Both the position numbers and the translations under genes were made by a program. 64,000 nt of DNA from Macrostomum hystrix (Eukaryota > Animalia > Platyhelminthes), in NCBI GenBank assembly GCA_950097015.1, contig CATNEN010000001.1, positions 3,596,001 to 3,660,000 on the forward strand, given 5' to 3'. The notes under the pieces are model-generated. The model was not told the DNA's origin and searched no databases. It worked only from the letters and a program-made list of their open reading frames with translations. Of the stretch, positions 46,021 through 59,184 are shown piece by piece. Positions within the stretch are counted from its first letter, which is position 1. Each line of letters starts with the position of its first letter.

Positions 46021-47310
46021 CCATGATCCCCAAGTTGACAAAGATTCCCAGTTGACAATGATCCACAAGTTGAAAATGATCACTCAGTTGATTATGATCA
46101 CTCAGTTGACAATTATCCCCCAGTTGACAATGATCCCACAGTTGACAATGATCCCCCAGTTGACAATGATCCCCCATTTGATTATGATCCCCCAGTTGAT
46201 TATGATTCCCCAGTTGACAATTATCACCCAGTTGACAATGATCCCCCAGTTGACAATGATTCCCAGTTGACAATGATCACTCAGTTGATTATGATCACTC
46301 AGTTGATGATGATCCCCCAGTTGATGATGATTCCCCAGTTGACAATTATCACCCAGTTGACAATGATCTTCCAGTTGACAATGATCCCACAGTTGACAAT
46401 GATCCCACAGTTGACAATGACAATGATTCCCAGTTGACAATGATCCACAAGTTGACAAAGATTCCCAGTTGACAATGATCCACAAGTTAACAATGATCAC
46501 TCAGTTGATTATGATCACTGAGTTGATTATGATCAGCCAGTTGACAAGTATCCCCCAGTTGATAATGATCCCCCAGTTGACAATGATCCCACAGTTGACA
46601 ATGATCCACAAGTTGACAATGATCAGTCAGTTGATTATGATCACTCAGTTGACAATGATCACCCAGTTGACAATGATCCCCCAGTTGACAATTATCCCCC
46701 AGTCGACAATTATCCCCCAGTTGACCATGATCCGCCAGTTGACAATGATCACCCACTTGATAATGATCACTCAGTTGATTATGATCACTCAGCTGATTAT
46801 GATCACCCAGTTGACAATGATCCCCCAGTTGATGATGATCCCCCAGTTGATGATGATCCCCCAGTTGACAATTATCCCCCAGTCGACAATTATCCCCCAG
46901 TTGACCATGATCCGCCAGTTGACAATGATCACCCACTTGATAATGATCCCCCAGTTGACCATGATCCCCAAGTTGACAAAGATTCCCAGTTGACAATGAT
47001 CCACAAGTTAACAATGATCACTCAGTTGATTATGATCACTGAGTTGATTATGATCAGCCAGTTGACAAGTATCCCCCAGTTGATGATGATCCCCCAGTTG
47101 ACAATGATCCCACAGTTGACAATGATCCACAAGTTGACAATGATCAGTCAGTAGATTATGATCACTCAGTTGACAATGATCACCCAGTTGACAATGATCC
47201 CCCAGTTGACAATGATCCCACAGTTGACAATGTACCTCCCCTGTTGACAATGATCCCCCAGTTAACAAAGATCCCCCAGTTGATCATGATCCCCCAGTTA
47301 TCAATGATCC
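46020..47310. repeat. 18-bp minisatellite (cagttgacaatgatcccc), ~70 units, with higher-order duplications
   Basis: Direct reading. Blocks near 46470 and 46990 repeat the same order of variants. Confidence 0.95.
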
Positions 47311-47515
47311 CTGAATTGCTTCAGTTCAACCAGCTGTTAAATGGGTACCAGCATCAGCTGGGATACTTGAAAGGTGGGTGTGGCGTCCCGCCAGTCCATG
47401 GACTGAACAGCTATACGCAACCTTCAGATGCGCCGCGCCATAGCTGCAGCTGTGCTGTCGGCTGCACATCTGGCCCAATTGGGGCAGGTGTAATCAATTA
47501 TTATTATTATTATGA
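47310..47515 (+). mobile_element. 5'-truncated SINE (family A)
   Basis: cagctgttaaatgggtacc...gctgcagctgtgctgtcggctgcacatctggccc plus an (att)n tail. Related copies at ~52853-53078, 53517-53860 (-) and 54270-54458. Confidence 0.75.
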
Positions 47516-49071
47516 TGGTATGTAATTCTATGGTAATGTGTTTACATAATGGCGGAGTGATTTGGAGAGTCATCGATTTACGCTCGTAAAGCAGGTCGCT
47601 CAATTGTGAGGGCGACCGGCATTATGAATTTTGGCGCTGATTCATTTCTTAAATTCTAACAGCAACTGCGCACTTGGTGCGGCCTCTGATGCGCAAGTTG
47701 ACAAGATTTTTTGGCTCAGTTGTGCCAGCTCAGTATTATTAACTTATTAAGTATTGTAGACATAGATGAGCCGCCTTCAGGAAAACGATCCCAAAAGATT
47801 CGATCGTAGGAGAAAGCACTAGCTGTGTCAGCATTATGTTTTGCTGCATAACGTTTAAATTTCGAAATTAAAGTAGTAAGAGTCAACGAAAATAAATATA
47901 AATTTCTAACGCAGTTCAGTATATAGAATATGTCTGACTGTGGCTGCTTAATTGCCGCACAAAGAACGTTTAATTTTCTGTATAAATAGTAAAAGGATGC
48001 ATAGCGGGAGAAAAAAGTAAACACCAAGTATCTGTATACATATGGGATAGGCCTGGGATAGGATTTGGATTGCACTCAAACCGGAATGTTTTGTAGAATT
48101 AAATATCTGCAGGGTACTAAATGCAAAGCAACTGAAGAAGAGTGAAATTGAACAGACCAACAGTAAATTACAGAAATAAAAATGGGAAAGCTTAAAGAGC
48201 AATAATAAAAGAGCCCGCCTTTACCTGATAAAGGCACTTTGAGTTTTTCTTTCGTACAAAATGCCTGTTGTGACTATTAATTAGTAAAAACTTATTTTTG
48301 AATTTATTTCTCACGCCGAACAGTTATACTGCAGTGATTATGCCGCTAAACTAAACAGTACGGCAACAGTTTCATGACGCTCGAACTTCTGGGAGCAATC
48401 TTAGAATAGACACTAATATCAATGTCATCCGCAGCTTCCATTTCTCGACGCACCTGACCGTGTACCGGGCGTCAGGTGTTCATGGAGAATATCTGGAAGA
48501 AATTCGGAATGTTTTAAACCCAATTTACATACGAGTATTTATCTGTCTAGAATGATTGCCCTTAATCAAAATTATAAAGTATATTACCAAATTTGTAAAG
48601 GGATCAGTGTCATTGACAATACAACAACAAAACAGCAACAACAACTGTCATTGACAATGGCAATTAGAAATATATTTACTGATTATTGTCTACAACCGTA
48701 ATGGTAGACAATACAATAGCCTGGGGAATTTCATGGTCTAACCCAACTAAATTTTGAGAGATCCAGAGGGGAAGTAAAATACACAGCAGAGATAAGAGTC
48801 TAGAGTCACTAGAGTCTAGACTAGACAAACAAAGCGTTTCTTTAGGGCAAGGACTTCTATAAATAGCATCTATAAATATATCGATGCTTGTATTCAGAGG
48901 TCCTTGCTTTAGGGTAGCATAAATACCTTACATTGTAACTTGATTTGGCTAGCTGTCTAAAGCGGAGACACGGCCACAATATTTTTTCCAACAACTATAA
49001 GCAACAAAGCGGAAGCGGCCAAGAGTAATATTAACTGGTTCCTCTTAGAGGCTGTGCCAGACACTGGGACA

Positions 49072-50068
49072 ATGAATTTTGATAGCCGAAATACAACTGA
49101 ATCCCTAAAGGTAAATCTATGATTCGAGACAGTGACTGGTAGTTATATGGGAGACAGTGGGTATCTACTAGGAGTATATCAAAATCTCGTAGATTTTCTA
49201 GGTAGCTAGCTTATAGCTAGAAAGACAGTTACTATAGCAACACTTGATTGCGGAGAGTGGCTAGATTGTCTAGCTATGGGACACGGTGTCTAGATTGATT
49301 GTTCACGGGAGACAAGCTAATCGCAAACCCATTTATTCTTACCAGCCCGTCGATGACCTGGGCAGTCTAGACAATTTGGACTTCGCCGTGATGCGCTGCG
49401 AATTCAGTGACCTCCAGTCTTACGAAAGCGCTGCCCTCTTCGATTTGTACAAGCCGGTTGCCAACGAAGATGACACTGGGGCCATGAGCGCATCGGAGTC
49501 CATCTGGTCCATCGGACAGCAACAGCATCCGCAGCAGCGACTGAATGCTTCGGCGATTGATTGCTCCCTTTGCTGGGTTCATTCGCTTGATCCGCCCACT
49601 TCGCATCTCCCAACGCATGTGCAGCCGCCAGGCGTCATAAAAAGAACAAGGAAGAAGCGTGCTGGCATCGGTTAGTGTTTTTGAGCTGCGAAAATTTGGG
49701 ATTTGAGAATCTTTAGTATTTAACAACAATTAGCTATCAAAACTTAGCATTGCCCAACCTCAGACAGGAATTTTTGGCTGTGGGAGTTTCTGTACCAGTT
49801 ACTCGAAACTCCGCCTGTCGCTGACCTGTCGCCAATCTGCTTGCGCTGGGAGAACAAGCTGGAGGGCATTTTCCAAATTCTAAACCCAACCGGCCTAGCA
49901 GAGGCGTGGGGCAGTTACAAGCGGCGGGACATGAGCTTTGAAACGATGAAGCGAGCGCTGAGGCATTACTATGAGGACAAGCTTATCACCAAGACCCACC
50001 CAAGAGACAAGCACTTTTACAAATTTCACTTCGACCACGAGAAATTAAAACTTTTTTTAGAAAAATGA
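49072..50068 (+). CDS. ETS-domain transcription factor, 222 aa: join(49072..49110,49346..49670,49764..50068)
   Basis: Phase-compatible GT-AG introns, 669 nt in total. Exon 3 reads FWLWEFLYQLL...LRWENKLEGIFQILNPTGLAEAWGSYKRRDMSFETMKRALRHYYEDKLITK...FYKF, an ETS consensus with the three Trp and RxxR. aataaa at ~50392. Confidence 0.88.
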
Positions 50069-52852
50069 CTGAGACAAAATGACACCCAAATCAGAAATCC
50101 CATAATTTAATTAATACCTCAGAAATCCCTACATTTCCCTAGAAATCACATGATCCAGACAATGACTCAGAATTACATCACGGATTGTCTGATTGTCAGT
50201 TGCGCTACTTCACTCATGTAAACTATTGTTTCTTACGGCCATGTTTTGTTCTGTTTTCTTGTGTTCTCTCATATTGTCCATGCATGACTTATCATCTGTA
50301 ATTAAGCCTTGATTTTGAAGACATGTAATTGAGACCGACTGTTTCCTATAAAAGTATGATATCTACGAGTACTTATAAATGCTATACTATAAATAAACTA
50401 ATAGTTGCTGCACATTATTTCATAAACTAAAAAACAAAAAGCACACTTAACGTTGTTGCGAGTGCAGCCGTGGAACTCTATTGACATGACAAGGAGTTCG
50501 TGAAGGTTGATGTCGTTCTCTAACTTGCTAAACTCAGATGCAGCTAGCCGGGACGCTGGGCAAACTTGTGCTCGACGCTGACTGAAATTCCCCATGCTGC
50601 AGAGGGTTAGATCAATTCATTTATCTCATTTTGAATTCCTAATGTGAATTTAAACTCAAACTGCTTAAGAAGAAAGTAACTGCATACCTGTACATCCGAG
50701 GTAAAAGCTAAGAGCGATGTCTCGTCGGTACATTTTCTGCCGACCACCTTGCAACACACGTCTCAGGATTTTCTGGAACGGGGAAAACAAAAATTGGAAA
50801 TTGACGGTATACAGTTTTTTGCTTTCGGTTGAAATTTGATCCCTGGTCAACTATGAATTTCAGCTACATTTCAGCAAGCCTTTAAGGGACAGATGCGATT
50901 ATAGCCAGCTATTATATCAAGTCATTCTGAGAAGCTAAGCATGCATGCATGTTAAGTGCAGAAACACAAAGCTATGTGCAATAGCTCAATAAATATGTTT
51001 GTTGTCGTTCAAAGCTAAAGCACTTTATAGATACTTATGCATGCAGTGCATATAATAAATATATAAGTGTGAAATAAATAAAGACACGAAGGCATAGATA
51101 TCCAAAAATGCAGCTATTTTTTTGCATGGCGCTATATCTCAACTGTCTCAGCTATCTCAGCTATATCTCAACTATCTCAAGTATTTATTTAATACTTCCA
51201 CTTCCACTCAACTAACTGGCGCGCTTTGAGAACTCCTCCTAATGAGACCTGAACTGTCAGACTGATCACATTTTTGTAATCAGTGAGCATTCAGATAGAA
51301 ATGCTGACTTCAAAAAAGGTCTAGCTGAGTCGTTTTCTAACCTGCAGCGATCGATATATGCTCTGAAAGGCGAGAAGGAGTTTTAAGGCGCAAATGTTAT
51401 AATTTAAATACGTAATTAATATTTGGTATGCAACGCAAATATCATTATTTTGTAAAAATACGCAACTTTAATAAATGCTTTATCCAATGGCAACAAGGGA
51501 ATGCATCTAACTCTAAGCGAATGCTTGAAGTTGGCTTATGGAATGAGCTGCATGGTTAAACACGAAGTGCGGCACGTACGACAAAAAGACTAACGCTATA
51601 GCACTTAGCTACTGTCATATTAAAGGTGAGTGCATTTTGCTTTATTGTAATATTGTGTTAGCATTTGTTGTGTAAATTGCAGCATGTTAAACGACGTGTA
51701 GCTAATGGCTAGAAAGAGATTTAGTTTTACCACCTAGCACCAATATGAAGTTTTTTAAGGAAAGTAAAACCTGCAAAACCGGGTATATATTTTTTAGGAT
51801 ATTTAAAATCATATTTTAAGAATTGTTAAAAAAACTGTCAAGAATTGCGAAGAACTATTGGTATAAAATAGCAAAAAGTGGTTTAACAGACCTTTTATTT
51901 TTTCTGGGCACCAGAAGGTAGGTGCCGGGGCGGGGTGAAGTTGGTAGATGCCCCGGCACCTGCCTTCACCTTCCATGTGCCGCCCTGGCCCACCGTGTGT
52001 GGCTCTATAAGCCACGGTGAGCCAGGGCCCTGCTGCGGCTGCGGCTGCTGCTGCTGCTTCTGTTGTGCGGTAACGGTATCCATCATAAACGCAGTTTATA
52101 TCTGCTGTGAAAGATTTTGTATCTGCTGTGAAAGATTTTGTATCTGCTGTGAAAGATCAGAAACTTCAGAACTTCAGAAACTATCAGAAACTAGATATCT
52201 GAAATTAATTGGTTTTAATCAAATTCGTATCTTCGTATGAACAGATCTTTGTATGATATCGATTTTTAAGAGCACTCGGCACTGAAATCTCAGAGGAATC
52301 AAATGAGAAGCAATCAAAAGAATTTCGAAGGAATTAAACAAATAAAAGAAATTGAAAGACAGACGAAACAAAGACTATAGGTTCGGCAAGAGTTTTTTCT
52401 ATTTAAAAAATTCAGCTGACTGGTGAGTTACTAAAGTTTCAATTGTAGCTCGAACATTTTTTATCAGACTAGTTTAAATGGCTAATAATAAGTTTTTCAG
52501 GCATTAAAATATTCATCATTATTAAACAGGTCCTTATCACACTAGCTGGAATGGTAGCATTGTTGACTGGCTTAAGGCAGTACTACCTAGCAACTGCTTT
52601 CCTTTACATCAGTGCATCTGAGAACTGGTCACATTGTAAGTGCTTGACTAATCATGATCCTTTTGTGAAATACTAAACACCTATCCCAGAATTGATAGCT
52701 ACTAGCTTTTTGAGTCATTGGTTTGTATTATACATGTTTACAGGTTCAGTTTGTCAGACCCTAAAGTGTCATAAAAATTATAGCCATTCACTAGCTATTG
52801 CCAGCTGTTGGTACTAGCTAGGGTTATTTGGTCTGCTGCATTTATGTGAGAC

Positions 52853-53078
52853 AATTTGTGTCCTTTAGAAAGAAACTTAATTAACTCTGCATTGATTTAG
52901 TTCACCCAGCTGTTAAATGGTACCAGCATTCGCTGGGATAATTGAAGGTGGGTGTGGTGTCCCCCCAGTCCATGGACTGTACAGCTGTACGCAGTCTTCA
53001 GATGAGCCGCGTAATAGCTGCAGCTGTGCTGTCGTCTGCACATCTGGCCCGATTAGTGTACTCAATTATTATAGTTAT
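52853..53078 (+). mobile_element. SINE family A fragment
   Basis: Similar to 47310-47515. Confidence 0.7.
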
Positions 53079-53516
53079 TTGCATTCATATACAAGGTTGG
53101 TTCTAAGCACTTTTGTTCATTGATTAGTAGCTCTGATTACTTTAGAAATGGAGGTGTAGTAGTAGATCAGACGCTCTTGAAACAGCAGCAATTTAAGGCA
53201 AGTCAAGTTACTTGTACTGGTAACTAGTATTTGGTCCTACCATAGCCAGTGACCCCAGTGTATACTTGAGTTATTTGGTCTGGTTTAATGGTATTTAGCA
53301 GCTAGGGGTCGGCAATGAGCCAGTGGGCCACTTACAGAACCTAAAAGACGACGGCTGTATTAAATGTAGGAATCTGAGAAAGGGCAGGGATTAGACATAG
53401 GATAGATGAGGCAGGGGGGAATTAGGGTGGGGGGTTTGATTCCCAACTCTACTGGTACAACTTATGCCCTTTGGCAAGAGGCCTAACTTGCTTGCTTCGG
53501 TTCACCCAGTTATAAA

Positions 53517-53860
53517 ATTAATAATAATCCATTAACTAATTACAACTGTCACTATTGGGCCAGATGTGTAGCCGACAGCACAGCTGCAACTATTGTGCGG
53601 CGCATCTGAAGACTGCGTACGGCTACGGACTGCAGCCAGTACAGTCCATCAACTGGGGGTAGGCTACACCCACTATAAGTTACCACAGCTACTACTGGTA
53701 CCCATATAATAGCTAGCTGAACTGAAGCAATTCAGAGGTAATTGCCTTTCTTAGAGACACAAATTTCAAATTGTTTCTTAAAGAAACAGGAGTCAGGAAT
53801 CGAACCATCAACCTTCAAGATGCGAGTCTGACGCTCTAACTGCTGGGCTACAACCCAGCT
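53517..53860 (-). mobile_element. full-length tRNA-derived SINE (family A)
   Basis: Head with A box tagcccagcagttagagc and B box ggttcgattcc, followed by the central domain and 3' part shared with the other copies. Confidence 0.75.
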
Positions 53861-53863
53861 GTA

Positions 53864-54259
53864 AAATAATAATAATAATGACACTAGACACAAGGGCCAG
53901 TGCAGGTGTTGTGTGTCAAGCACACTAGCAGGTGGGGACTGCACACCTAATGTACTCCCCGGCCCTCTCGGACACCGGTTGACAGCCGCGTGTCAGCAAT
54001 GGAATTTATTTTTTCCAAACATATCGGCAGCATCCAAACCTACTGAATTGCCGCACAGAACTGCTTTATTTCACGCCAGCCGGAATTATTATTCCTCGAC
54101 GAAATATCGGTACTCATTTGCAGCTGAGTAGACTGTGTGCACATCAGGGCAAAGCAGCTTGCCAAAGGCTGCACGAATAGTTCTAGACTAGGTCGGGAGT
54201 TGAACCCAGGACCATCTGATCCAGAGTCCGACACCTTTACAGACCGAGCTATCCGCCCC
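53864..54259 (-). mobile_element. tRNA-derived SINE (family B)
   Basis: Head ggggcggatagctcggtc...gggttcaactccc, central cctttggcaag...ctcagctgcaaatgagtacc, a different 3' body and an (att)n tail. Confidence 0.7.
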
Positions 54260-54269
54260 TCTGTTTATC

Positions 54270-54458
54270 CGAGCTAGCTGTAAAATGGGTACCAATATTA
54301 GCTATTTGAACTTAAGGTGGGTCTGGCATCCCTCAGTCCATGGACTGAACAGCCATGTGCAGCCTTTAGATTCGAGCGTATGCTGCACAATAGCTGTGGC
54401 TGTGCTCTTGACCATACTGCACAATTGGCCGGATAGGTATAATAAATTATATTAATTA
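54270..54458 (+). mobile_element. SINE family A fragment
   Basis: agctgtaaaatgggtacc...cagtccatggactgaacagc, shared with the 47310 copy. Confidence 0.65.
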
Positions 54459-55974
54459 CTTAGCCTATATATAATATATGTGCTATGTTATTTATTTTTC
54501 TGCTCTGTTTAATACATTTAAAACCAACAAGCTAACCAACAACTCTCTTAACCACCTTATCCTTTTCAAACAGGTTAAGGAATGGCAAGATTCTCAATCT
54601 GCATGTATGAGAGCTTACTGGAACTTCTACTGTATCTGGTGCTTGGCCAACAAGAGCTAGCCTGAATGCTGCTGCCATTCAAGATTATGAAAGGCATGAT
54701 TGACTATAGCTCACTGTTAACTGACAGATCTTTGCTTCTTAATGCCTAAGCATGACCAAAACTGCATGCCACATACCTAAACCAGCTAATAAGTAATAAT
54801 ACATTTTTCATGACAATTAGTTCTCATATCATAGCTATATAACAGTTTCTTTCTTTCACTGTTTCAATAAAATAGGCACTTGTGAAAGCCCAAGAATAAA
54901 CAGAAGTTAGACTTGAAGTATCTAGAGCAGAAAATAGGAGTTGTAACCTAGCTATATAGTATATAGGCATTTAAGCCTCACATGGTACAATTCATTATAG
55001 TTGCAAAAATATGTATTTTTTGCTAAATTAAAGTAAATATACACTATGCGCTTTAAAATAACACTCTTTTTTGTAAAAAATATTCCTGTAGCTTCATAAT
55101 ATATCCTAACTAAGCTACACTGACATTGCTGATCAAATAGACTTTCACTTAATAATTAACTTATATATAAAACCACAAAGTGATGGCGAGTTTGATATCG
55201 GTGTTTATATTCACTTTGTCTTGTCTAATGAATTTTAGTGTCTTACTGTGAATAGTTTTTGAGAATTCGTTGATCGAATCGAGAATTCTCACGTACATAA
55301 TAGCTAATTAATTGAGGATCCGGTCAGGTCAAAGTGAAAGTTTGCAGTGCATGCGCTTTCAAAAACTTTGCTCAGGCCATTCTTTCGTTTTTAAGCTGCA
55401 ATTTGAAACTAAAAAATTGATTCTGACTTCTTATTAAGTTTAGTGCAACTGGCTTCTTCTGCGACAAAACTTTTTATTGCCTGCGGTCAAAATACATGTG
55501 TTTGTTAAATTTTACATTCACGTCGCCTTTTTACGGACTCAAATCGGACGGAAAACGGACCATCACAATTATGCGATTTCTACCTATTCTATATACTCCT
55601 AAATACATAGCTATTCGAGATGTAATGCAATTAAAGCAGTTGCCGCAGTATCAATCATTTTATACGGATATTGAGCGGTTTACTGCAGACAGCCGGAATA
55701 TGCATGGCCGACCAGAAGATCGAATTGTATACACGCTCAGAATATTTTGATGATTCCACTATATACTCGTAAATTGTTTCACTGATGCACACAAATTTTA
55801 TTTCCTAGCTCTCACTGATCAGTAAAACAGTAAGTATATGTATAGTAAATAATTTATATCTAAAAACTAAATATTACGACTATACAAACCAAACATTTAA
55901 CTTGCTGCACTACTAACGTTTAAATACGAGTAGTATTTCAAGCATGTTAGGTTCTGTACAGTAGATCAAAAAAT

Positions 55975-56470
55975 GACCTTTTGCGGACTGGAATCGGACT
56001 GTTGGAATTACACAATTTTTCATCTTTTAAATGCATAAGTAACGGAAAATAAAGCCTTTTATGACGTTTCCAGCAGCTAACTCAAGTAATTTTTTATGGA
56101 ACATCGTCCTCCTCGTCGCTCTATTGAGGACTCAAAACGGACCGCGGACGCGTCGGCCTTTTGCGGACTAATTTCGGACTGTACGAATTACAATTTTTTT
56201 CATCTTTTAAATGCATTTAGAACTGAAATCAAGGCCTTTTAAGACGTTTTTAGCAGCTAACTCACGAGTAATTTTTTTTGGAACATCGTCCTTCTCGTCG
56301 GCCTTTTTCGGACTCAAATCGGACCATTTTGGAGCCGGTCGACGCGTCGGCCTTTTCGGACTAAAATCGGACTGTACGAAATACACATTTTTTAATCTTT
56401 TAAATGCATTTATAACTGAAATCAAGACCTCTTAAGACGTTTTCAGCAGCTAACTCGATTATTTTTTAGC
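55975..56470. repeat. ~180-195 bp degenerate tandem repeat (about 2.5 units) with cggact(n)aatcggac motifs
   Basis: Units start near 55977, 56157 and 56350. The motif also occurs at 55530. Confidence 0.7.
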
Positions 56471-56543
56471 TGAGCTGACGAAGGCCAAAATGGGACCGTA
56501 GGGGTCCGAAAGCCGTCCGGCGGACGATGACTTTTACACCGGG

Positions 56544-58183
56544 AAGTTCGCGTAAACAACCCCTCACAGCCAACCACGCTTCATCATGGGCGTTCCCAAG
56601 TTCGCGTAAATAACCCCTTCCAGCCAACCACGCTTCATCATGGGGTTTGTAGTTGAGGATGCGTACAGGGAGCTCATGAGCTGCATTCGTCTAGCCGGAC
56701 TCATGGCACGGTGAGGTGACCTGGGCTAGCCGTCTAATTTTTACCGTGAGCTGGGGCCGGCTAGTCCACGGCCGTTAGGTTACGCGTTGGAATGGAAGCT
56801 TACGCGTCCACCTTACTTTACTGTGTATTCCGTGATAATTAAGCTGCACAAAACAGGCAGAGAAATTATTAGGTACGGCTACAAATCACAGATACGACTT
56901 TAGATATTCGTAGGAATTCATTCATTAACTGCATGTATATTCTCTGGCATAACAATTATACTCTGACGGGACACACGTATCATATCTATCACCCAACGCT
57001 GCTGCCTTCAGCTGTTGATGATGCGCCGTCTTCGGCGCTGACGTCGGGGTCCTGAGTCTCAGATGCGCCGTCTTCGGCGGTGACGTCGGGGCCCTTGGTC
57101 TCAGATGCGCCGTCTTCGGCGGTGACGTCGGGCCCTGAGTCTCTGACCCTGCAGTGAAAGGCCATGCAAGCGCCATAACTGGCGTAGGTGGCAGCTCATC
57201 ACACTCCATTATTGCCCGCCTCCGACGCAAACTTGCGGATGTACCGAACGTAGGTGACGTTGCTCGATCAGGGGTTCGCAGTCGGTGCAATTCGGCACGC
57301 ATTACCCGATTTTCCTCTTATAGTGCCGCACAGACGGTGCACGATATTGCGTGGGACCAGTGGTCCATTTGTGGATCAGTGGATCACTGAAGCGAGGGTC
57401 ACAAAAGTGTTTCAGAGAGGGAATGACCATACATGTTTTAACGGTACAGGCAGCTACGTGAAGTGGCTATTGAAGTTCTGAACTACTGAACAATATGCTA
57501 ACAATCACATTGTATGTGATTTTCCGGCCATGTATTTCTAGGCGCTCATTCGGCGCTTCACAAGACACGGTCACAAAGCACGGTCACATACGTGACCATA
57601 GGGGGCACGGTCACAAGACACGGTCACAAAGCACGCTCACATACGTGACCATAGGGGGCACGGTCACAAGACACGGTCACAAAGCAAGGTCACATACGTG
57701 ACCATAAGGGCACGGTCACAAGACACGGTCACAAAGCAAGGTCACATACGTGACCATAAGGGCACGGTCACAAGACACGGTCACAAAGCAAGGTCACATA
57801 CGTGACCATGGGGGCACGGTCATAAAGCACGGTCACATACGTGACCATAGGGAAACGTTCACAAAACGGTTACAAAATAGTCACCGTTACCATTTCAGGG
57901 TAACGGCACGGTCACAACCAAAAAGTGTGACCATAAATTTTCTATACGGGTTGTATTAAACTTAACTTGATATTATATATCAGACTGATCGACTATTACG
58001 TCAGTCTTCTAGTAAGTCTTAACACCACATAACCGCCAGTCATTTCATATAATTTAAATGATAAAATAACCCAAGATAAGAAGTTGTGTATTGTGAAAAC
58101 TATAAAAACTAATATTGAACAATCTTTTTTATTTCTTTTTTATATTTTTATATTGTTTTTAAATATATTCAGAAACGCCTGAA
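56544..58183 (+). repeat. dispersed duplicate of 24152-24564 + 29638-30810 lacking the gypsy insertion
   Basis: Near-identical sequence. The empty site ggcataacaattatactc has a single acaat, and there is one extra ~51-bp array unit. Confidence 0.93.
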
Positions 58184-59184
58184 ATTAGGTTAAATTAGGA
58201 CGTTACTGATACGTAATTTAAACGACACAATAAGATACATAAAAAGTACGAAAGTTTAAAAAGCAAAATTCTTTTTAAATCGAGTTTTTGTTGTCTTCAA
58301 AAAATCGATCCTGTGCCACAAAATAATTGACACAGATGTCACTGTTGCATTTCGACACTATTTTGTTGTCTTTAAGCTTCAAATCGTGCGCCTATAAGCA
58401 AATTTATATTTGTTTTGTTGCTTGTTACGTGTTCCTCTTAGAAAATCTGAATGTAGTGTGTCTTTCTAGCTGACGCAGACTCCAAATGTGTGAGAAAGAT
58501 GTTCAATTATTTGCTGGATAGTAAATTATAATCGTTTTTTACTTCTTTAGTAGCTTAGTTGATAGTTGTGTAACTAAACTTTGTATCTGGTTTCGATGTA
58601 ATTAAGCATATATAACTCTTAGATTGTCTGTTAGCTAAGTTAGTTTTGCAATTTGGAAAGCTCAGTAGAGTAGGTAGGCCTTTATCTTATCTAGGCTCTA
58701 TATTATTTGCTTTGATCTAGCTATGCTTATTTTCTAAAAATTGTATATTCCTTATCTTAATTAGGCTCTTAGATGTTATGCAGAAATGATCAATTATATT
58801 CATTCCCACTGAAACATTAAAAGTTTACTATATTGATTCTTAAAAGTTGAGCCTAGCTATAAGTTAATTTAACTCCTAATCAACAATTCAAAATTAATAA
58901 ATGGCATCTAATAGACATAAAAAAGCTGCAAATCAGTTAATGAAATTAAGTGCACACTTCCCGGTGGGACATTTACTATACGCCCCTCTGTACGCCCTAC
59001 TATGCGCCCTCCCACCAGTCACCGGTGGGGGGCGTACGGTTTGACCAAGCGCCCCGCTGGTGGCCCACCTTATGTTTATGTATGCTTATGCTTATGTAAA
59101 TTTTCTATTCGTCATCGCTATGAATGGTTTACAAATACGTCTCTTCTAGTCTCATTTACTTGACGCATTGACGCAACTCAAGCT

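Noticed and set aside
45254-46273. 339-aa ORF fusing hexapeptide repeats to an integrase tail
   Set aside because: Chance read-through from the minisatellite into a truncated gypsy pol.
46020-47310. CRISPR-like regular array
   Set aside because: The units are head-to-tail with no unique spacers, there are no cas genes, and the context is eukaryotic.
51809-52160. GC-rich short ORF with poly-Q/A and a 21-bp triple repeat
   Set aside because: No frame is clearly preferred and no splice-supported model could be built.
53787-54259. Two tRNA genes
   Set aside because: The acceptor stems are imperfect and each runs into a SINE body and tail, so they are treated as SINE heads.
56470-56525. Possible hammerhead ribozyme (CTGACGA...GAAA...GTC)
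   Set aside because: Core nucleotides are present, but stems I and III do not pair convincingly by eye. A covariance-model search would be needed.
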